NCBI GenBank assembly: GCA_903905505.1
Contig: CAIVGL010000022.1
Location: forward strand, 19,322-83,321
From: an uncultured Bacteroidia bacterium
GTDB lineage: Bacteria; Bacteroidota; Bacteroidia; Bacteroidales; Prolixibacteraceae
Direction: 5' to 3'
Length of the DNA: 64,000 nt
Position 1 is the first letter of the stretch; every line of letters starts with the position of its first letter. Below are positions 46,885-57,250 of this stretch, piece by piece. The translations under genes were made by a program, and so were the position numbers. The notes below the pieces were generated by a model. It saw only the letters and a program-made list of their open reading frames with translations. It ran no database searches and was not told the DNA's origin.

Positions 46885-47634
46885 TTATTTTTTAAATACG
46901 CGCTGAAGTAAGTTTGATCCTCTTGCCTTTACATCAGTTCGGATCCTCTTTTCGTGCTCGGCTATTTTAAGAAATAGTCCTTTAAGTGCTTGTTGCAAGA
47001 TGTAATCCTCAAGGTTTAATACAACCGTTTTCATCCCTGTCATCTTTCCAATGGGTGTGTCGGCAATCTGATTCCAAGTTTTGGTTATGTCACTCCACGA
47101 TTGTTGAGTCGAAATTCCTGCGACTAGATTCTTACTTAAGGATTCTTGTATTTTAGGGCGATAGAGATCTGAAAGTTGTTTGCTAGTCTTCTGTTCAAAA
47201 TAAATCGTTGCCGCATTTTCTGAACCTTTTAGAATTTCCATCGCATTGGCAAGGTCCATTTCTTGAATAGCGCGGGTGAAAATAGGAGCTGCTTCCTTTG
47301 CGGCATTTTCCGCAACCCTATTGAAGCGAATCACAATCTCAGTTATTAAATCTGAACCTCCAGGAATTAACGCAATATTATCGGTAATTGGTTTAGCTTC
47401 TGGCGGTAGACTAATCTTTACCGCAGCGTCTTTGAGATAGCCATCCACGGCAGAGAGATGTGCAGTTGCACTATCTGTTCCGATCGTTAACGCTTCTTTA
47501 AGTCCATCGGTGATTTCGGTATTCGTAAGTGGGTTGACTCTGCTAGTGATTTTATTCGCGAACTTGCTTAGTTGGGCTGGAGAATTAAAACAGAATAAGG
47601 AAAGTGCTATGACTAAGACGATAACTTTTTGCAT
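46885..47634 (-). CDS. Secreted DUF4197-family protein
   Basis: Signal peptide, then LTNTEITDGLKEALTIGTDSA...VDGYLKDAAVKISLP, which matches the DUF4197 pattern as I remember it. Confidence 0.6.
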   Translation of the reverse strand: MQKVIVLVIALSLFCFNSPAQLSKFANKITSRVNPLTNTEITDGLKEALTIGTDSATAHLSAVDGYLKDAAVKISLPPEAKPITDNIALIPGGSDLITEIVIRFNRVAENAAKEAAPIFTRAIQEMDLANAMEILKGSENAATIYFEQKTSKQLSDLYRPKIQESLSKNLVAGISTQQSWSDITKTWNQIADTPIGKMTGMKTVVLNLEDYILQQALKGLFLKIAEHEKRIRTDVKARGSNLLQRVFKK

Positions 47635-47724
47635 TTGAGTTTAATTGTGATTCAAAGCAAAAGTAATACGATACTTGGATTTGTATCGGCTAATGTGAAG
47701 ATTTTTTATCCTTTACTTGCGGAT

Positions 47725-49125
47725 TTAGAGATCAAACTCATGTCCCGATTCTGGAATCTCAATATCCCTAAATCCGGCCTCTGTCATCCGCTCTTTGTAA
47801 TACTGTTGGGCCTCATAATCGCCATGGACGAGGAAAGTCTTTTTAATCTTGAGTGGATCTTGGCATTTTAGGTAATTAAGCATTTCGCGGTAGTCTCCAT
47901 GTCCGCTAAAAGCTTCGATCCGTTCTATGGTGGCATTGACAGCATATTTAGTGCCAAAAATTGAGACAACAGGATCTCCTTTCATGATTCTGGCACCTAA
48001 AGTACGCGGGGCGCAATATCCAACACTAAGGATTGTATTCTTCGGATTTGAGATGTTATTTGCTAAGTGATGTTTAATGCGGCCTGCTTCCATCATGCCA
48101 GAAGAGGAGATAATAACACACGGTTTCTTGATCATATTTAATTTCTTCGATTCCTGAGAAGTTTTGATGTAATGCAGTGAGTTAAACCCAAAAACGTCAT
48201 CGTCAGATTCTAAAATTTTTATGACATCCGCATTGAAGCATTCCGGATGAACTCTGAAAATATCTGTGGCATTGACAGCTAAGGGACTGTCTACATAAAT
48301 TTGCACTTTTGGAAGTCGTCCTTCATTGAAAAAATTGTTTAGCGAATAGACCAATTCCTGTGTTCGGCCAATGGCAAATGATGGGATGATTAATTTGCCG
48401 CCACGTATAACACACGCTTCTTTGACGATTCGAAGCAAATCCTCTTCTGCAGCTTTGAAATGCAGATGCAAGCGGTTGCCATAGGTTGCTTCGGTGATTA
48501 GATAATCAACCTGGGCAAATGGTTCAGGAGTCTTAAGTATTCGGCTTGTCGATCGCCCGATGTCCCCTGTATACCCAATTTTGGTGACCTTCCCGTTCTC
48601 GGTGATTTCGATAACTGCGGCACCAGCGCCAAGCAGATGTCCAGTAGTTGTAAACCGAACTTTAAGATTTTCGTTGATGTAGAACTTCCTATTGTGTGCT
48701 GTTCCGATGAAGAGTTCCATGCAATTAATCGCGTCCTGCTTGACATAGATAGGCTTCACAGGTTCCAATCCTTGTCTTTCCCTTTTCTTATTGTGCATCT
48801 CCGTATCGCTCTCCTGAATGTGACCGCTGTCGGCAAGCATAATCGCACATAGATCACGCGTGGCATTGGTGCAGATCACCGACCCTCTAAATCCTAATCG
48901 ATAGACATACGGAATTAAGCCAGAGTGATCGATATGTGCATGTGAAAGGATGATGTGATCAATCGCTGAAGGCTCGAAGCCAAGATTTCGATTCATAAGA
49001 TCAGTCTCTTGCCCTTTTCCTTGAAACATTCCGCAGTCGAGTAAGATTTTTTTGCCGTTGTCGAGGGTTATTAGGGTCTTGCTTCCAGTTACTTCGCGCG
49101 CGGCACCGAGAAATTTTATTTTCAT
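47725..49125 (-). CDS. MBL-fold metallo-hydrolase with beta-CASP / RNA-specificity domains (RNase J/CPSF-like)
   Basis: Start moved to MKIKFLGAAREVTGS (ATG at 49125). HxHxDH motif SHAHIDHSG and C-terminal SGHGD. The upstream 42-codon extension looks non-coding. Confidence 0.8.
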   Translation of the reverse strand: MKIKFLGAAREVTGSKTLITLDNGKKILLDCGMFQGKGQETDLMNRNLGFEPSAIDHIILSHAHIDHSGLIPYVYRLGFRGSVICTNATRDLCAIMLADSGHIQESDTEMHNKKRERQGLEPVKPIYVKQDAINCMELFIGTAHNRKFYINENLKVRFTTTGHLLGAGAAVIEITENGKVTKIGYTGDIGRSTSRILKTPEPFAQVDYLITEATYGNRLHLHFKAAEEDLLRIVKEACVIRGGKLIIPSFAIGRTQELVYSLNNFFNEGRLPKVQIYVDSPLAVNATDIFRVHPECFNADVIKILESDDDVFGFNSLHYIKTSQESKKLNMIKKPCVIISSSGMMEAGRIKHHLANNISNPKNTILSVGYCAPRTLGARIMKGDPVVSIFGTKYAVNATIERIEAFSGHGDYREMLNYLKCQDPLKIKKTFLVHGDYEAQQYYKERMTEAGFRDIEIPESGHEFDL

Positions 49126-49225
49126 AATACAAGAGGTTAAGGATGACCTAAAGATAAGAAAAATAAGTCTGTTGTTACGCAAATTCGAGGTGATAAAATT
49201 AACGAATAAAAAGATTCGCCGCCAT

Positions 49226-49239
49226 CCGTCAGCTGACGG
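49226..49239 (-). terminator. Possible terminator hairpin after the EF-G paralog
   Basis: Palindrome CCGTCAGCTGACGG (extendable to 8 bp with one G-U on the minus strand). A second small hairpin, CGAAT..ATTCG with T-run, follows at 49202-49217. Confidence 0.35.
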
Positions 49240-49271
49240 ACGACAGCTCATTAAATCTATTCAATAAAAGT

Positions 49272-51431
49272 TTATTCTTCGGCTTGATGTTCGGCTTCGT
49301 AGGCTTTAAGTAATTCGTCTTGTACTTCGGCAGGCACCTTCTCGTAGTTCGAGAATTTAAGGGTGAACATGGCCCTTCCTTGTGTGATTGAACTTAAGGA
49401 AGTTGAATATTTATTCATCTCTTTTAGCGGCACCTTGGCCATGATTTTTTCAAACCCTTTTTCTGAACTCATCCCCATGATTAAGGCTCTTCGTCCTTGA
49501 AGATCGCCCATCACATCACCTAATCGGTCGGCTGGAACGAGCACTTCAACATCATAAATAGGTTCTAAAATCTTCGGACTTGCATTTTTGAAAGCCGCAC
49601 TAAAGGCGTTACGCCCTGCAAGACGGAAGGAGATCTCATTGGAATCGACAGGGTGCATCTTTCCATCGTAGATACAAACGCGAATATCTCTTGCATACGA
49701 TCCAGTTAGTGGACCTTCTTCCATCTTTTCCATGATCCCTTTTAGAATAGCTGGGTGGAACCTCGCATCAATTGATCCACCAACAATGCAGTTGCAGAAG
49801 ACAAGCTTGCCTCCCCAAGGTAGATCCGTGACTTCGGTTCCTCGTAGGCTAACTTTCATCTCTTTCCCGTCGATCTTGTAGGTTTCAGGTGCTGGCATCC
49901 CCTCCTCGTAAGGTTCGATTACAAGGTGAACTTCTCCAAATTGCCCCGATCCTCCACTTTGCTTTCTATGACGGTAATCACCAGGAGCTGTTTTTGTGAT
50001 GGTCTCACGATACGGAACCTTTGGTTTTAGAAATTGAATATCGATCTTGTAGACATTGTCGAAATACCACTTTATGGTATTTATATGGTACTCGCCTTGA
50101 CCATGGATAAGTATTTGCTTGAGCTCTTTCGAATATTCAAGAATATAGGTTGGGTCTTCTTCTGCAAGCTTATGCAAGTATTCACCCATCTTCTCTTCAT
50201 CGGATTCATTAACGGCCTTGATTGCAGTGGTATATCTTGGTGCGGGATAGGCTAGGGGAGGGAATTCAATATCTGAATCCTTATCACAAAGCGTGTGATT
50301 GTGTTTTACATCTTTAAGTTTTACGGCGGCACCTATATCTCCAGCAACCATTTCCGTTACTTTATTACGAGTCTTCCCTGCAACGGCATAGATTTGAGAG
50401 ATCCGCTCTTTCGAATTTCTATTCGTATTGATTAAATCCATCCCCTCTTTCAGGATGCCAGACATCACTTTAAAGTAGACCACTTCACCCACATGCTGCT
50501 CAATGGCTGTTTTAAAAACAAATATTGATGTTGGCCCTTTGGTGTCAATCGCGACCATTTTCCCGCTGACTGTTTCAACTGGGGCAAGTTCTCCAGGGTG
50601 AGGTGCAACGTTGCAAATAAACTCCATCAGTCTTCGAATCCCCATGTCGCGTGCGGCACAGGTACAGAACACTGGGAACAGACTTCTGGACAGCATCCCA
50701 AACTTAAGCCCTTTACGCATCTCATCTTCATTGAGATTTCCTTGGTCGAAGTAAAGTTCCATTAACGCCTCGTCGTTCTCTGCAGCCATCTCCACCAGTT
50801 GGTTGTGTGCCTCTTCTGCACGATTAATTTCTGAAGCTGGGATGTCTAAAACTTCTGGAACTCCTCCATTGGGACCCCATTGGAGCATCTTCATTTTAAG
50901 GACGTCAATAACTTTGTTGAAGTTTACTCCTGGGTTAATCGGATATTGAACGATGGCCAGTTTATTTCCAAAGGTTGTCTTGGCCATTTCAATCGTATTC
51001 TCCCAATTGCTGTTTTCGTGATCGAGGTGGTTGACGACAAAGATCAGCGGCTTGTGAAAGCGTTCGGCTTTCCGGTTGGCAATCTCCGTGCCCACTTCTA
51101 CTCCATTTACAGCGTTGAACAGCAGTAAGCCGGTAGCCGCGACACTTAATGCCGGAATTATCCCACCTACAAAGTCATCCATCCCCGGAGTGTCGATGAT
51201 ATTTATTTTACAACCATCAAATTCAGTATAGAGGACCGTAGGATGGACTGAATTGCCATACTCTTGCTCTACGAGGTTATAGTCGGAGGCGGTAGTTTTG
51301 CTCTTCACATCGCCTCTTCTACTTATAATACCACCCTCGAAGAGCATCGTCTCTACAAGGGTGGTTTTCCCGGCGCCGGAATTGCCAATTACGGTAATGT
51401 TCCGGATCTCATTAGTTTGAAATACTTTCAT
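49272..51431 (-). CDS. Elongation factor G paralog with degenerate GTPase motifs (EF-G2-like)
   Basis: Start moved to MKVFQTNEIRNITVIGNSGAGKTTL (ATG at 51431). Five-domain EF-G architecture, colinear with fusA in this window. Switch II reads DTPGMDDF and G4 reads NHLD. Confidence 0.85.
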   Translation of the reverse strand: MKVFQTNEIRNITVIGNSGAGKTTLVETMLFEGGIISRRGDVKSKTTASDYNLVEQEYGNSVHPTVLYTEFDGCKINIIDTPGMDDFVGGIIPALSVAATGLLLFNAVNGVEVGTEIANRKAERFHKPLIFVVNHLDHENSNWENTIEMAKTTFGNKLAIVQYPINPGVNFNKVIDVLKMKMLQWGPNGGVPEVLDIPASEINRAEEAHNQLVEMAAENDEALMELYFDQGNLNEDEMRKGLKFGMLSRSLFPVFCTCAARDMGIRRLMEFICNVAPHPGELAPVETVSGKMVAIDTKGPTSIFVFKTAIEQHVGEVVYFKVMSGILKEGMDLINTNRNSKERISQIYAVAGKTRNKVTEMVAGDIGAAVKLKDVKHNHTLCDKDSDIEFPPLAYPAPRYTTAIKAVNESDEEKMGEYLHKLAEEDPTYILEYSKELKQILIHGQGEYHINTIKWYFDNVYKIDIQFLKPKVPYRETITKTAPGDYRHRKQSGGSGQFGEVHLVIEPYEEGMPAPETYKIDGKEMKVSLRGTEVTDLPWGGKLVFCNCIVGGSIDARFHPAILKGIMEKMEEGPLTGSYARDIRVCIYDGKMHPVDSNEISFRLAGRNAFSAAFKNASPKILEPIYDVEVLVPADRLGDVMGDLQGRRALIMGMSSEKGFEKIMAKVPLKEMNKYSTSLSSITQGRAMFTLKFSNYEKVPAEVQDELLKAYEAEHQAEE

Positions 51432-51581
51432 GTGATAAAATTTAGGTAAAAATCTAAGAATCTTAGCTATTCGAAACTCAACTTCATTCATCAACATTGG
51501 TAAGCGCGAAATCCAATAAGCGGATCTCAAACTCAAACAGAATAATTAGCGAGAAATAATCAAGCATTCACAGTGCATAGG

Positions 51582-51610
51582 GTCCTGGATGCCAGGGACT
51601 GTCTTTTTTT
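51582..51610 (+). terminator. Orphan plus-strand terminator-like hairpin with T7 tail
   Basis: GTCCTGG/CCAGGGAC stem (7 bp, one bulge), then TGTC and TTTTTTT. There is no plus-strand gene upstream. Confidence 0.3.
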
Positions 51611-51694
51611 AGTTAAGCTGGAAATGGATATGGCGAAAACATATCGACCTCGGAATATAAAATGCTTAACTGGGATGATTATTTTAGTTAACAC

Positions 51695-51702
51695 CAAAGT
51701 TA
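51695..51702 (-). promoter_or_regulatory. Candidate -7 box TAACTTTG for the EF-G paralog
   Basis: Exact TAnnTTTG match on the minus strand. It implies a leader of roughly 255 nt. Confidence 0.3.
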
Positions 51703-52053
51703 GAAAATAAAATAAAATGATCCTACTGAAACAGCGATTTTGAAGCCTTCTAAATAGTGAAGCTTAAACATCCCCATTTCCGGATATAAGTTGTTGCTAT
51801 AAAAGAGGTTGTCTAGAATGGTTGCGGGATTATTCCGAACCTGTGATTTCAAAAATATGTTAAAATATAGCAATGCATTCAACTGGACAAATACTTTTCT
51901 CCGTTTCGTTAAAATAGTTTTAAACAAAGTTGTTGTTTTATTTAACGAGGAGAAAATGAGCGGCTTGGAACATTATTTGGTTGTTTTTGGTCTAATTTGT
52001 TAATTAAAATCACTTTTTTTTTCATCCAGCCATTGTTTTCTAGCGAAATTGTG

Positions 52054-52061
52054 TACTTTTG
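52054..52061 (+). promoter_or_regulatory. Candidate -7 box TACTTTTG for the rpsL-led ribosomal operon
   Basis: Exact TAnnTTTG match about 125 nt upstream of the rpsL ATG, with TTG-containing sequence about 20 nt further upstream. Confidence 0.4.
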
Positions 52062-52186
52062 CAGTCCATTTTGGGAGGGATTCGTCTGTTCGGGAACGAA
52101 TATTTAAGAGTTCAAAGTCCCTTTAATGGGTTGAGATTGAGTTTATTTTCGTGTGTATTTTATAATATAAAAATTCAAAAACGTTT

Positions 52187-52594
52187 ATGCCTACTATTCA
52201 ACAATTAGTACGTAAAGGAAGAGTAAGTATCGTAGATAAGAGTAAATCTCCGGCGCTAAACTCTTGTCCGCAACGCAGAGGTGTATGTGTCCGTGTTTAT
52301 ACCACAACACCAAAGAAACCTAACTCTGCTATGCGTAAAGTCGCAAGGGTAAGGTTGACCAACCAAAAGGAGGTCAATGCTTATATCCCAGGAGAAGGTC
52401 ATAACTTACAAGAACACTCTATCGTGCTTGTTCGCGGTGGTCGTGTAAAAGATTTACCTGGAGTACGTTATCACCTTATTCGTGGTGCATTAGATACTGC
52501 AGGAGTTGAAGGTCGTAACCAACGTCGTTCTAAATATGGAACGAAACGTCCAAAACCAGGAGCAGTGGTTGCTTCAACAAAAAAGAAAAAGTAA
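52187..52594 (+). CDS. rpsL: 30S ribosomal protein S12
   Basis: [12 protein letters not shown]...[13 protein letters not shown]...[16 protein letters not shown]. Lys-rich C-terminal tail. Confidence 0.98.
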   Translation: MPTIQQLVRKGRVSIVDKSKSPALNSCPQRRGVCVRVYTTTPKKPNSAMRKVARVRLTNQKEVNAYIPGEGHNLQEHSIVLVRGGRVKDLPGVRYHLIRGALDTAGVEGRNQRRSKYGTKRPKPGAVVASTKKKK

Positions 52595-52715
52595 ATAATT
52601 AAAATTAGTTATTTGTTTGGAGGTTTGGCTGAGTAAGGGTTTGCCAAGAGCAGGCTATTTAAACTGAAGACTAAACAACAACCGATTCGAATAACACAAA
52701 CAATGTGTAACTAAG

Positions 52716-53192
52716 ATGAGAAAAACAAAACCAAAGAAAAGGATCATTTTGCCTGATCCAAAATTTCAAGATGTATTGGTGACAAGATTTGTCAACAGTT
52801 TGATGTTTGATGGCAAGAAGTCGGTCGCTTTTAAGATCTTTTACGATGCAATTGATATCGTTGCAACGAAAATGAAAGATTCAGAATTATCACCCCTTGA
52901 TGTATGGAAGAAAGGGTTATTAAACATTACCCCGGCTGTCGAAGTTAAGAGCAGACGTGTTGGTGGTGCTAACTTCCAGGTTCCAATGGAGATTCGCCCA
53001 GAACGTAAGGTGGCTATCTCGATGCACAATCTCATTCAATTTGCAACAAAACGATCAGGTCATTCAATGGCAGAGAAACTTGCCGCTGAAACTCTTGCTG
53101 CATACAATGAAGAGGGTGGAGCTTTCAAGAAGAAAGAAGATACACACAGAATGGCAGAGGCAAACCGTGCTTTCGCTCATTTCAGATTTTAA
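52716..53192 (+). CDS. rpsG: 30S ribosomal protein S7
   Basis: [22 protein letters not shown]... and operon position after rpsL. Confidence 0.97.
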   Translation: MRKTKPKKRIILPDPKFQDVLVTRFVNSLMFDGKKSVAFKIFYDAIDIVATKMKDSELSPLDVWKKGLLNITPAVEVKSRRVGGANFQVPMEIRPERKVAISMHNLIQFATKRSGHSMAEKLAAETLAAYNEEGGAFKKKEDTHRMAEANRAFAHFRF

Positions 53193-53225
53193 TTGAATAA
53201 ACATTAGATATCATTATCAACTATA

Positions 53226-55334
53226 ATGGCTAAAAGAGATCTTTCATATACCAGAAATATTGGTATCATGGCTCACATCGACGCCGGAAAAACAACTACC
53301 TCGGAGCGTATCTTGTTTTATACCGGTAAAGTTCACCGTATTGGTGAAGTACACGATGGTGCCGCAACAATGGATTGGATGGCTCAGGAGCAAGAGCGTG
53401 GGATTACTATCACTTCAGCTGCAACATTCACCGAGTGGACTTATAATGATATCGTTCATCAAATAAATATCATTGACACCCCAGGACACGTTGACTTTAC
53501 GGTAGAAGTTGAACGTTCATTAAGAGTATTAGATGGAGCTGTGGCTACATTCTGTGCTGTTGGTGGCGTTGAAGCTCAATCCGAAACAGTTTGGCGTCAA
53601 GCGGATAAATATGGAGTACCCAAAATCGCGTTTATCAATAAGATGGACCGTGCTGGAGCTGACTTCTTCCGTGTTTATGGTGATATTAAAGAAAAATTAG
53701 GAGCTAACCCAGTTCCCGTTCAGTTACCTATTGGTGCTGAAGAAAATTTCAAAGGCGTTATCGACCTTATTCGTATGAAAGCAATCTACTGGCACAACGA
53801 GGCCATGGGAGCTGAATATGATGTAGAGGAGATTCCAGCTGATTTATTAGAACAAGCCCAAGAGTGGCGTGAGAAGTTAGTCGAATCAGTGGCTGAGCAA
53901 GATGAGGTGTTAATGGAGAAATTCTTCGCCGATTCTGATAGCATCACCGTTGAGGAACTGATTGCAGTGATCCGTCAAGCTACTATTTCTGGCGTTATTA
54001 TTCCAATGCTTTGTGGATCTGCATTTAAAAACAAAGGTGTTCAAACTTTATTGGATGCAGTTTGTGCCTTCTTGCCGAATCCATTGGATATTGGTTCTAT
54101 TGAAGGTAAAGATCCGGATACCGATGAGATGGTTGAAAGAAAACCTTCTATCGATCAACCATTATCTGCACTGGCATTTAAAATTGCAACCGATCCTTTC
54201 GTAGGTCGTCTTTGCTTTATCCGTGTTTACTCGGGTAAGATTGATGCTGGTTCTTATGTGTTGAATATGCGTACTGGTAAAAAAGAACGTATTTCTCGCT
54301 TATTCCAAATGCACTCTAACAAACAACAACCACGTGATGTGATCGAAGCCGGTGACATCTGCGCAGCTGTTGGTTTTAAAGATATTCGTACCGGTGACAC
54401 CCTTTGTAGCTTAGATCATCCGATCATTCTTGAATCGATGACCTTTCCAGAGCCAGTTATCGGTATCGCTATTGAGCCTAAAACTCAAAATGATATTGAT
54501 AAGTTATCAAATGGTTTGCAAAAACTGGCTGAAGAAGATCCAACCTTCCAGGTTCGGACTGATGAGGACAGTGGTCAGACCGTTATCCGGGGTATGGGTG
54601 AGCTTCACCTTGAAATCATCGTCGATCGTTTGAAACGGGAGTTCAAAGTTGAATGTAACCAAGGAGCACCTCAGGTAGCTTATAAAGAAGCGGTAACTAA
54701 AGAAGTTGAGCTTCGCGAAGTATTTAAGAAACAAACTGGGGGTCGTGGTAAGTTTGCCGATATCAGCGTTAAAGTTGGTCCGGTTGACGAAGGCGTTTCC
54801 GGTCTTCAATTTGTTGATCAAATTAAAGGGGGAACTATTCCACGTGAATTTATCCCTGCCGTTGAGAAAGGGTTTAAAGAGTCTCTTAATAATGGACCAC
54901 TTGCTGGTTTCAAAATTGAGAACTTAAAAGTTACCTTGATCGATGGTTCATTCCATCCGGTCGATTCCGATGCCTTGTCTTTTGAATTATGTGCTAAACA
55001 AGCGTTCAGATCTGCTGCTTCTAAAGCTAAACCAGTTTTATTGGAGCCGATTATGAAAGTTGAAGTGGTTACGCCTGATGATTATATGGGAGATATCGTA
55101 TCTGACCTTAACCGTCGTCGTGGACACATAGAGAGCATGGACACAAAATTTGGAGCTCGTGTACTTAAAGCGAAGGTTCCACTAGCCGAGCAGTTTGGTT
55201 ATGTGACAACTTTGCGTACCCTTTCATCTGGTCGTGCAACTTCATCAATGGAGTTTTCACACTATGCGGAGGTTCCTCGTAATATTGCCATAACTGTATT
55301 AGAAGCGGTTAAAGGCAAAACTGAATTGTTATAA
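53226..55334 (+). CDS. fusA: Elongation factor G (canonical)
   Basis: [34 protein letters not shown]. 702 aa, str operon position. Confidence 0.98.
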   Translation: MAKRDLSYTRNIGIMAHIDAGKTTTSERILFYTGKVHRIGEVHDGAATMDWMAQEQERGITITSAATFTEWTYNDIVHQINIIDTPGHVDFTVEVERSLRVLDGAVATFCAVGGVEAQSETVWRQADKYGVPKIAFINKMDRAGADFFRVYGDIKEKLGANPVPVQLPIGAEENFKGVIDLIRMKAIYWHNEAMGAEYDVEEIPADLLEQAQEWREKLVESVAEQDEVLMEKFFADSDSITVEELIAVIRQATISGVIIPMLCGSAFKNKGVQTLLDAVCAFLPNPLDIGSIEGKDPDTDEMVERKPSIDQPLSALAFKIATDPFVGRLCFIRVYSGKIDAGSYVLNMRTGKKERISRLFQMHSNKQQPRDVIEAGDICAAVGFKDIRTGDTLCSLDHPIILESMTFPEPVIGIAIEPKTQNDIDKLSNGLQKLAEEDPTFQVRTDEDSGQTVIRGMGELHLEIIVDRLKREFKVECNQGAPQVAYKEAVTKEVELREVFKKQTGGRGKFADISVKVGPVDEGVSGLQFVDQIKGGTIPREFIPAVEKGFKESLNNGPLAGFKIENLKVTLIDGSFHPVDSDALSFELCAKQAFRSAASKAKPVLLEPIMKVEVVTPDDYMGDIVSDLNRRRGHIESMDTKFGARVLKAKVPLAEQFGYVTTLRTLSSGRATSSMEFSHYAEVPRNIAITVLEAVKGKTELL

Positions 55335-55358
55335 ACAACATCAAAATACGTTCTTATC

Positions 55359-55664
55359 ATGAGTCAAAGAATTAGAATTAAACTGAAATCGTACGATCAC
55401 AACTTGGTTGACAAGTCAGCTGAAAAGATCGTTAAGACTGTTAAGTCTACAGGAGCCATTGTTAGTGGACCAATTCCACTTCCTACTCACCGTAGAATAT
55501 TTACGGTCTTAAGAGCAACCTTCGTGAACAAAAAGTCAAGAGAGCAATTCGAATTGTCATCTTACAAAAGGTTGATCGACATTTACAGTTCAACAGCAAA
55601 AACGATCGACGCCTTAATGAAGCTTGAGCTTCCTAGTGGTGTTGAGGTAGAAATCAAAGTGTAA
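55359..55664 (+). CDS. rpsJ: 30S ribosomal protein S10
   Basis: [12 protein letters not shown] and GPIPLPT. Confidence 0.97.
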   Translation: MSQRIRIKLKSYDHNLVDKSAEKIVKTVKSTGAIVSGPIPLPTHRRIFTVLRATFVNKKSREQFELSSYKRLIDIYSSTAKTIDALMKLELPSGVEVEIKV

Positions 55665-55690
55665 TTATTTAATTGCTTAATAAGTAAAAA

Positions 55691-56308
55691 ATGCCAGGAT
55701 TAATTGGAAAAAAAATCGGAATGACTTCCGTATTCAGTGTTGAGGGGAAAAACATCCCATGCACTGTGATCGAGGCAGGTCCTTGCGCTGTATCGCAGGT
55801 TCGTACGCTTGAAAAAGATGGTTACGAAGCTCTACAGCTCGGCTTTCTAGATAAGAAAGAGAAGCATGCGACCAAGCCCGAAATCGGCCATTTTAAAAAG
55901 GCCGGTACCGCACCGAAGAAAAAAGTTGCAGAATTTAGCAGCTTTGAAGGTGGTATAAAACTTGGAGATATCTTAACAGTAGAACTGTTTGAAGCTTCAG
56001 ATTTTGTAGATATTACTGGATTCTCAAAAGGTAAAGGTTTTCAAGGCGTTGTTCGTCGTCACGGTTTTGGTGGCGTAGGCGAAGCGACTCATGGTCAGCA
56101 CAACAGATTACGTGCGCCAGGATCTATTGGAGCCTCTTCGTACCCTTCACGTGTATTCAAAGGGATGCGCATGGCAGGACGTCACGGAGGAATCAAAGTA
56201 ACTGTACAGAACATCGAGATTCTGAAAGTTATTCCTGAGAATAATCTATTGATTGTTAAAGGTTCCGTACCGGGGCCAAATGGTTCATATATAATCGTTG
56301 AGAAGTAA
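55691..56308 (+). CDS. rplC: 50S ribosomal protein L3
   Basis: [11 protein letters not shown] and [14 protein letters not shown]. Confidence 0.97.
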   Translation: MPGLIGKKIGMTSVFSVEGKNIPCTVIEAGPCAVSQVRTLEKDGYEALQLGFLDKKEKHATKPEIGHFKKAGTAPKKKVAEFSSFEGGIKLGDILTVELFEASDFVDITGFSKGKGFQGVVRRHGFGGVGEATHGQHNRLRAPGSIGASSYPSRVFKGMRMAGRHGGIKVTVQNIEILKVIPENNLLIVKGSVPGPNGSYIIVEK

Positions 56309-56937
56309 TGGAAATCGCAGTCTTTAATATAGCAGGGAAAGAAGCCGGAAGAAACGTAGAGCTGAATGCAGAAATCTACGCGGTAGAACCCAACGATCAC
56401 GCGATTTACCTCGACGTGAAGCAATATTTGGCGAATCAACGTCAAGGAACACACAAAGCGAAAGATCGTAGTGAGATCGCAGGATCAACTCGTAAGATCA
56501 AAAAACAAAAAGGAACTGGTGGTGCCCGTGCAGGTAGCCGTAAGTCTGGAACAATCCGTGGTGGAGGCCGTATCTTCGGTCCACGTCCAAGAGATTATCA
56601 TTTCAAACTGAACAAGAAGCTAAAAGAGCTTGCACGTAAATCTGCCTTGACTTATAAAGCACAGTCTGATGGTATTATGGTTTTGGAAGATTTCTCTTTT
56701 GAAGCCCCAAAAACCAAGGAATTCTTGGCAATTCAGAATAATCTGAATATTAGTGATAAAAAATCATTAATAGTGTTACCAGAAGCAAATAAAAACATAT
56801 ATTTGTCCTCCAGAAATTTACAGAACGTAGAGATTGTAATCGCCTCTGAATTAAGCACTTACAAGATAATGCGCGCCAATAAGATAATTTTGGTTGAAAG
56901 TTCTGTGAGTAAAGTAGAAGAATTATTTAAGATTTAA
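56308..56937 (+). CDS. rplD: 50S ribosomal protein L4
   Basis: [12 protein letters not shown]....GGGR.FGPRPR. Start overlaps the rplC stop. Confidence 0.96.
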   Translation: MEIAVFNIAGKEAGRNVELNAEIYAVEPNDHAIYLDVKQYLANQRQGTHKAKDRSEIAGSTRKIKKQKGTGGARAGSRKSGTIRGGGRIFGPRPRDYHFKLNKKLKELARKSALTYKAQSDGIMVLEDFSFEAPKTKEFLAIQNNLNISDKKSLIVLPEANKNIYLSSRNLQNVEIVIASELSTYKIMRANKIILVESSVSKVEELFKI

Positions 56938-56948
56938 CGCTAAAGAGA

Positions 56949-57242
56949 ATGGTTGATATTTTGATTAGCCCCATAGTTACCGAGAAAATGAATCTCTTAT
57001 CGGAGAAATTTAACCGATATGGTTTCAGGGTAGATAAGAAGGCAAACAAGCACGAGATCAAAAAGGCCGTGGAAGAGATCTATGGCGTTAAGGTAGTCAC
57101 TGTTAACACAATGGTGTATGCCGGAAAATTAAAATCCCGCTTTACAAAAGCAGGAGTTATAACAGGTCGTACCAATGCTTATAAGAAAGCTATTGTTACG
57201 TTAACCGAAGGAGATAGTATTGATTTTTACAGCAATATCTAA
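56949..57242 (+). CDS. rplW: 50S ribosomal protein L23
   Basis: Operon position and the KHEIKKAVEEIYGVKV motif. Confidence 0.95.
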   Translation: MVDILISPIVTEKMNLLSEKFNRYGFRVDKKANKHEIKKAVEEIYGVKVVTVNTMVYAGKLKSRFTKAGVITGRTNAYKKAIVTLTEGDSIDFYSNI

Positions 57243-57250
57243 ATTAAGAG

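Noticed and set aside
49126-49251. 42-codon extension of the beta-CASP hydrolase ORF
   Set aside because: Homologs begin at MKI.FLGAA..VTGS. The extension overlaps the EF-G paralog terminator hairpins and has odd composition.
51432-51536. 35-codon extension of the EF-G paralog ORF
   Set aside because: EF-G family proteins start a few residues before the P-loop. The extension covers the palindrome-rich leader.
51700-52003. Two overlapping small ORFs (75 aa minus, 64 aa plus) in the spacer upstream of rpsL
   Set aside because: AT-rich region, mutually antisense, no motifs. More likely promoter/leader DNA. Not excluded as small proteins, but unsupported.
55335-55358. No tufA after fusA; fusA is followed directly by rpsJ
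   Set aside because: To my knowledge this is the usual Bacteroidota arrangement, with tuf located elsewhere near tRNA/secE-nusG. It is not an anomaly.
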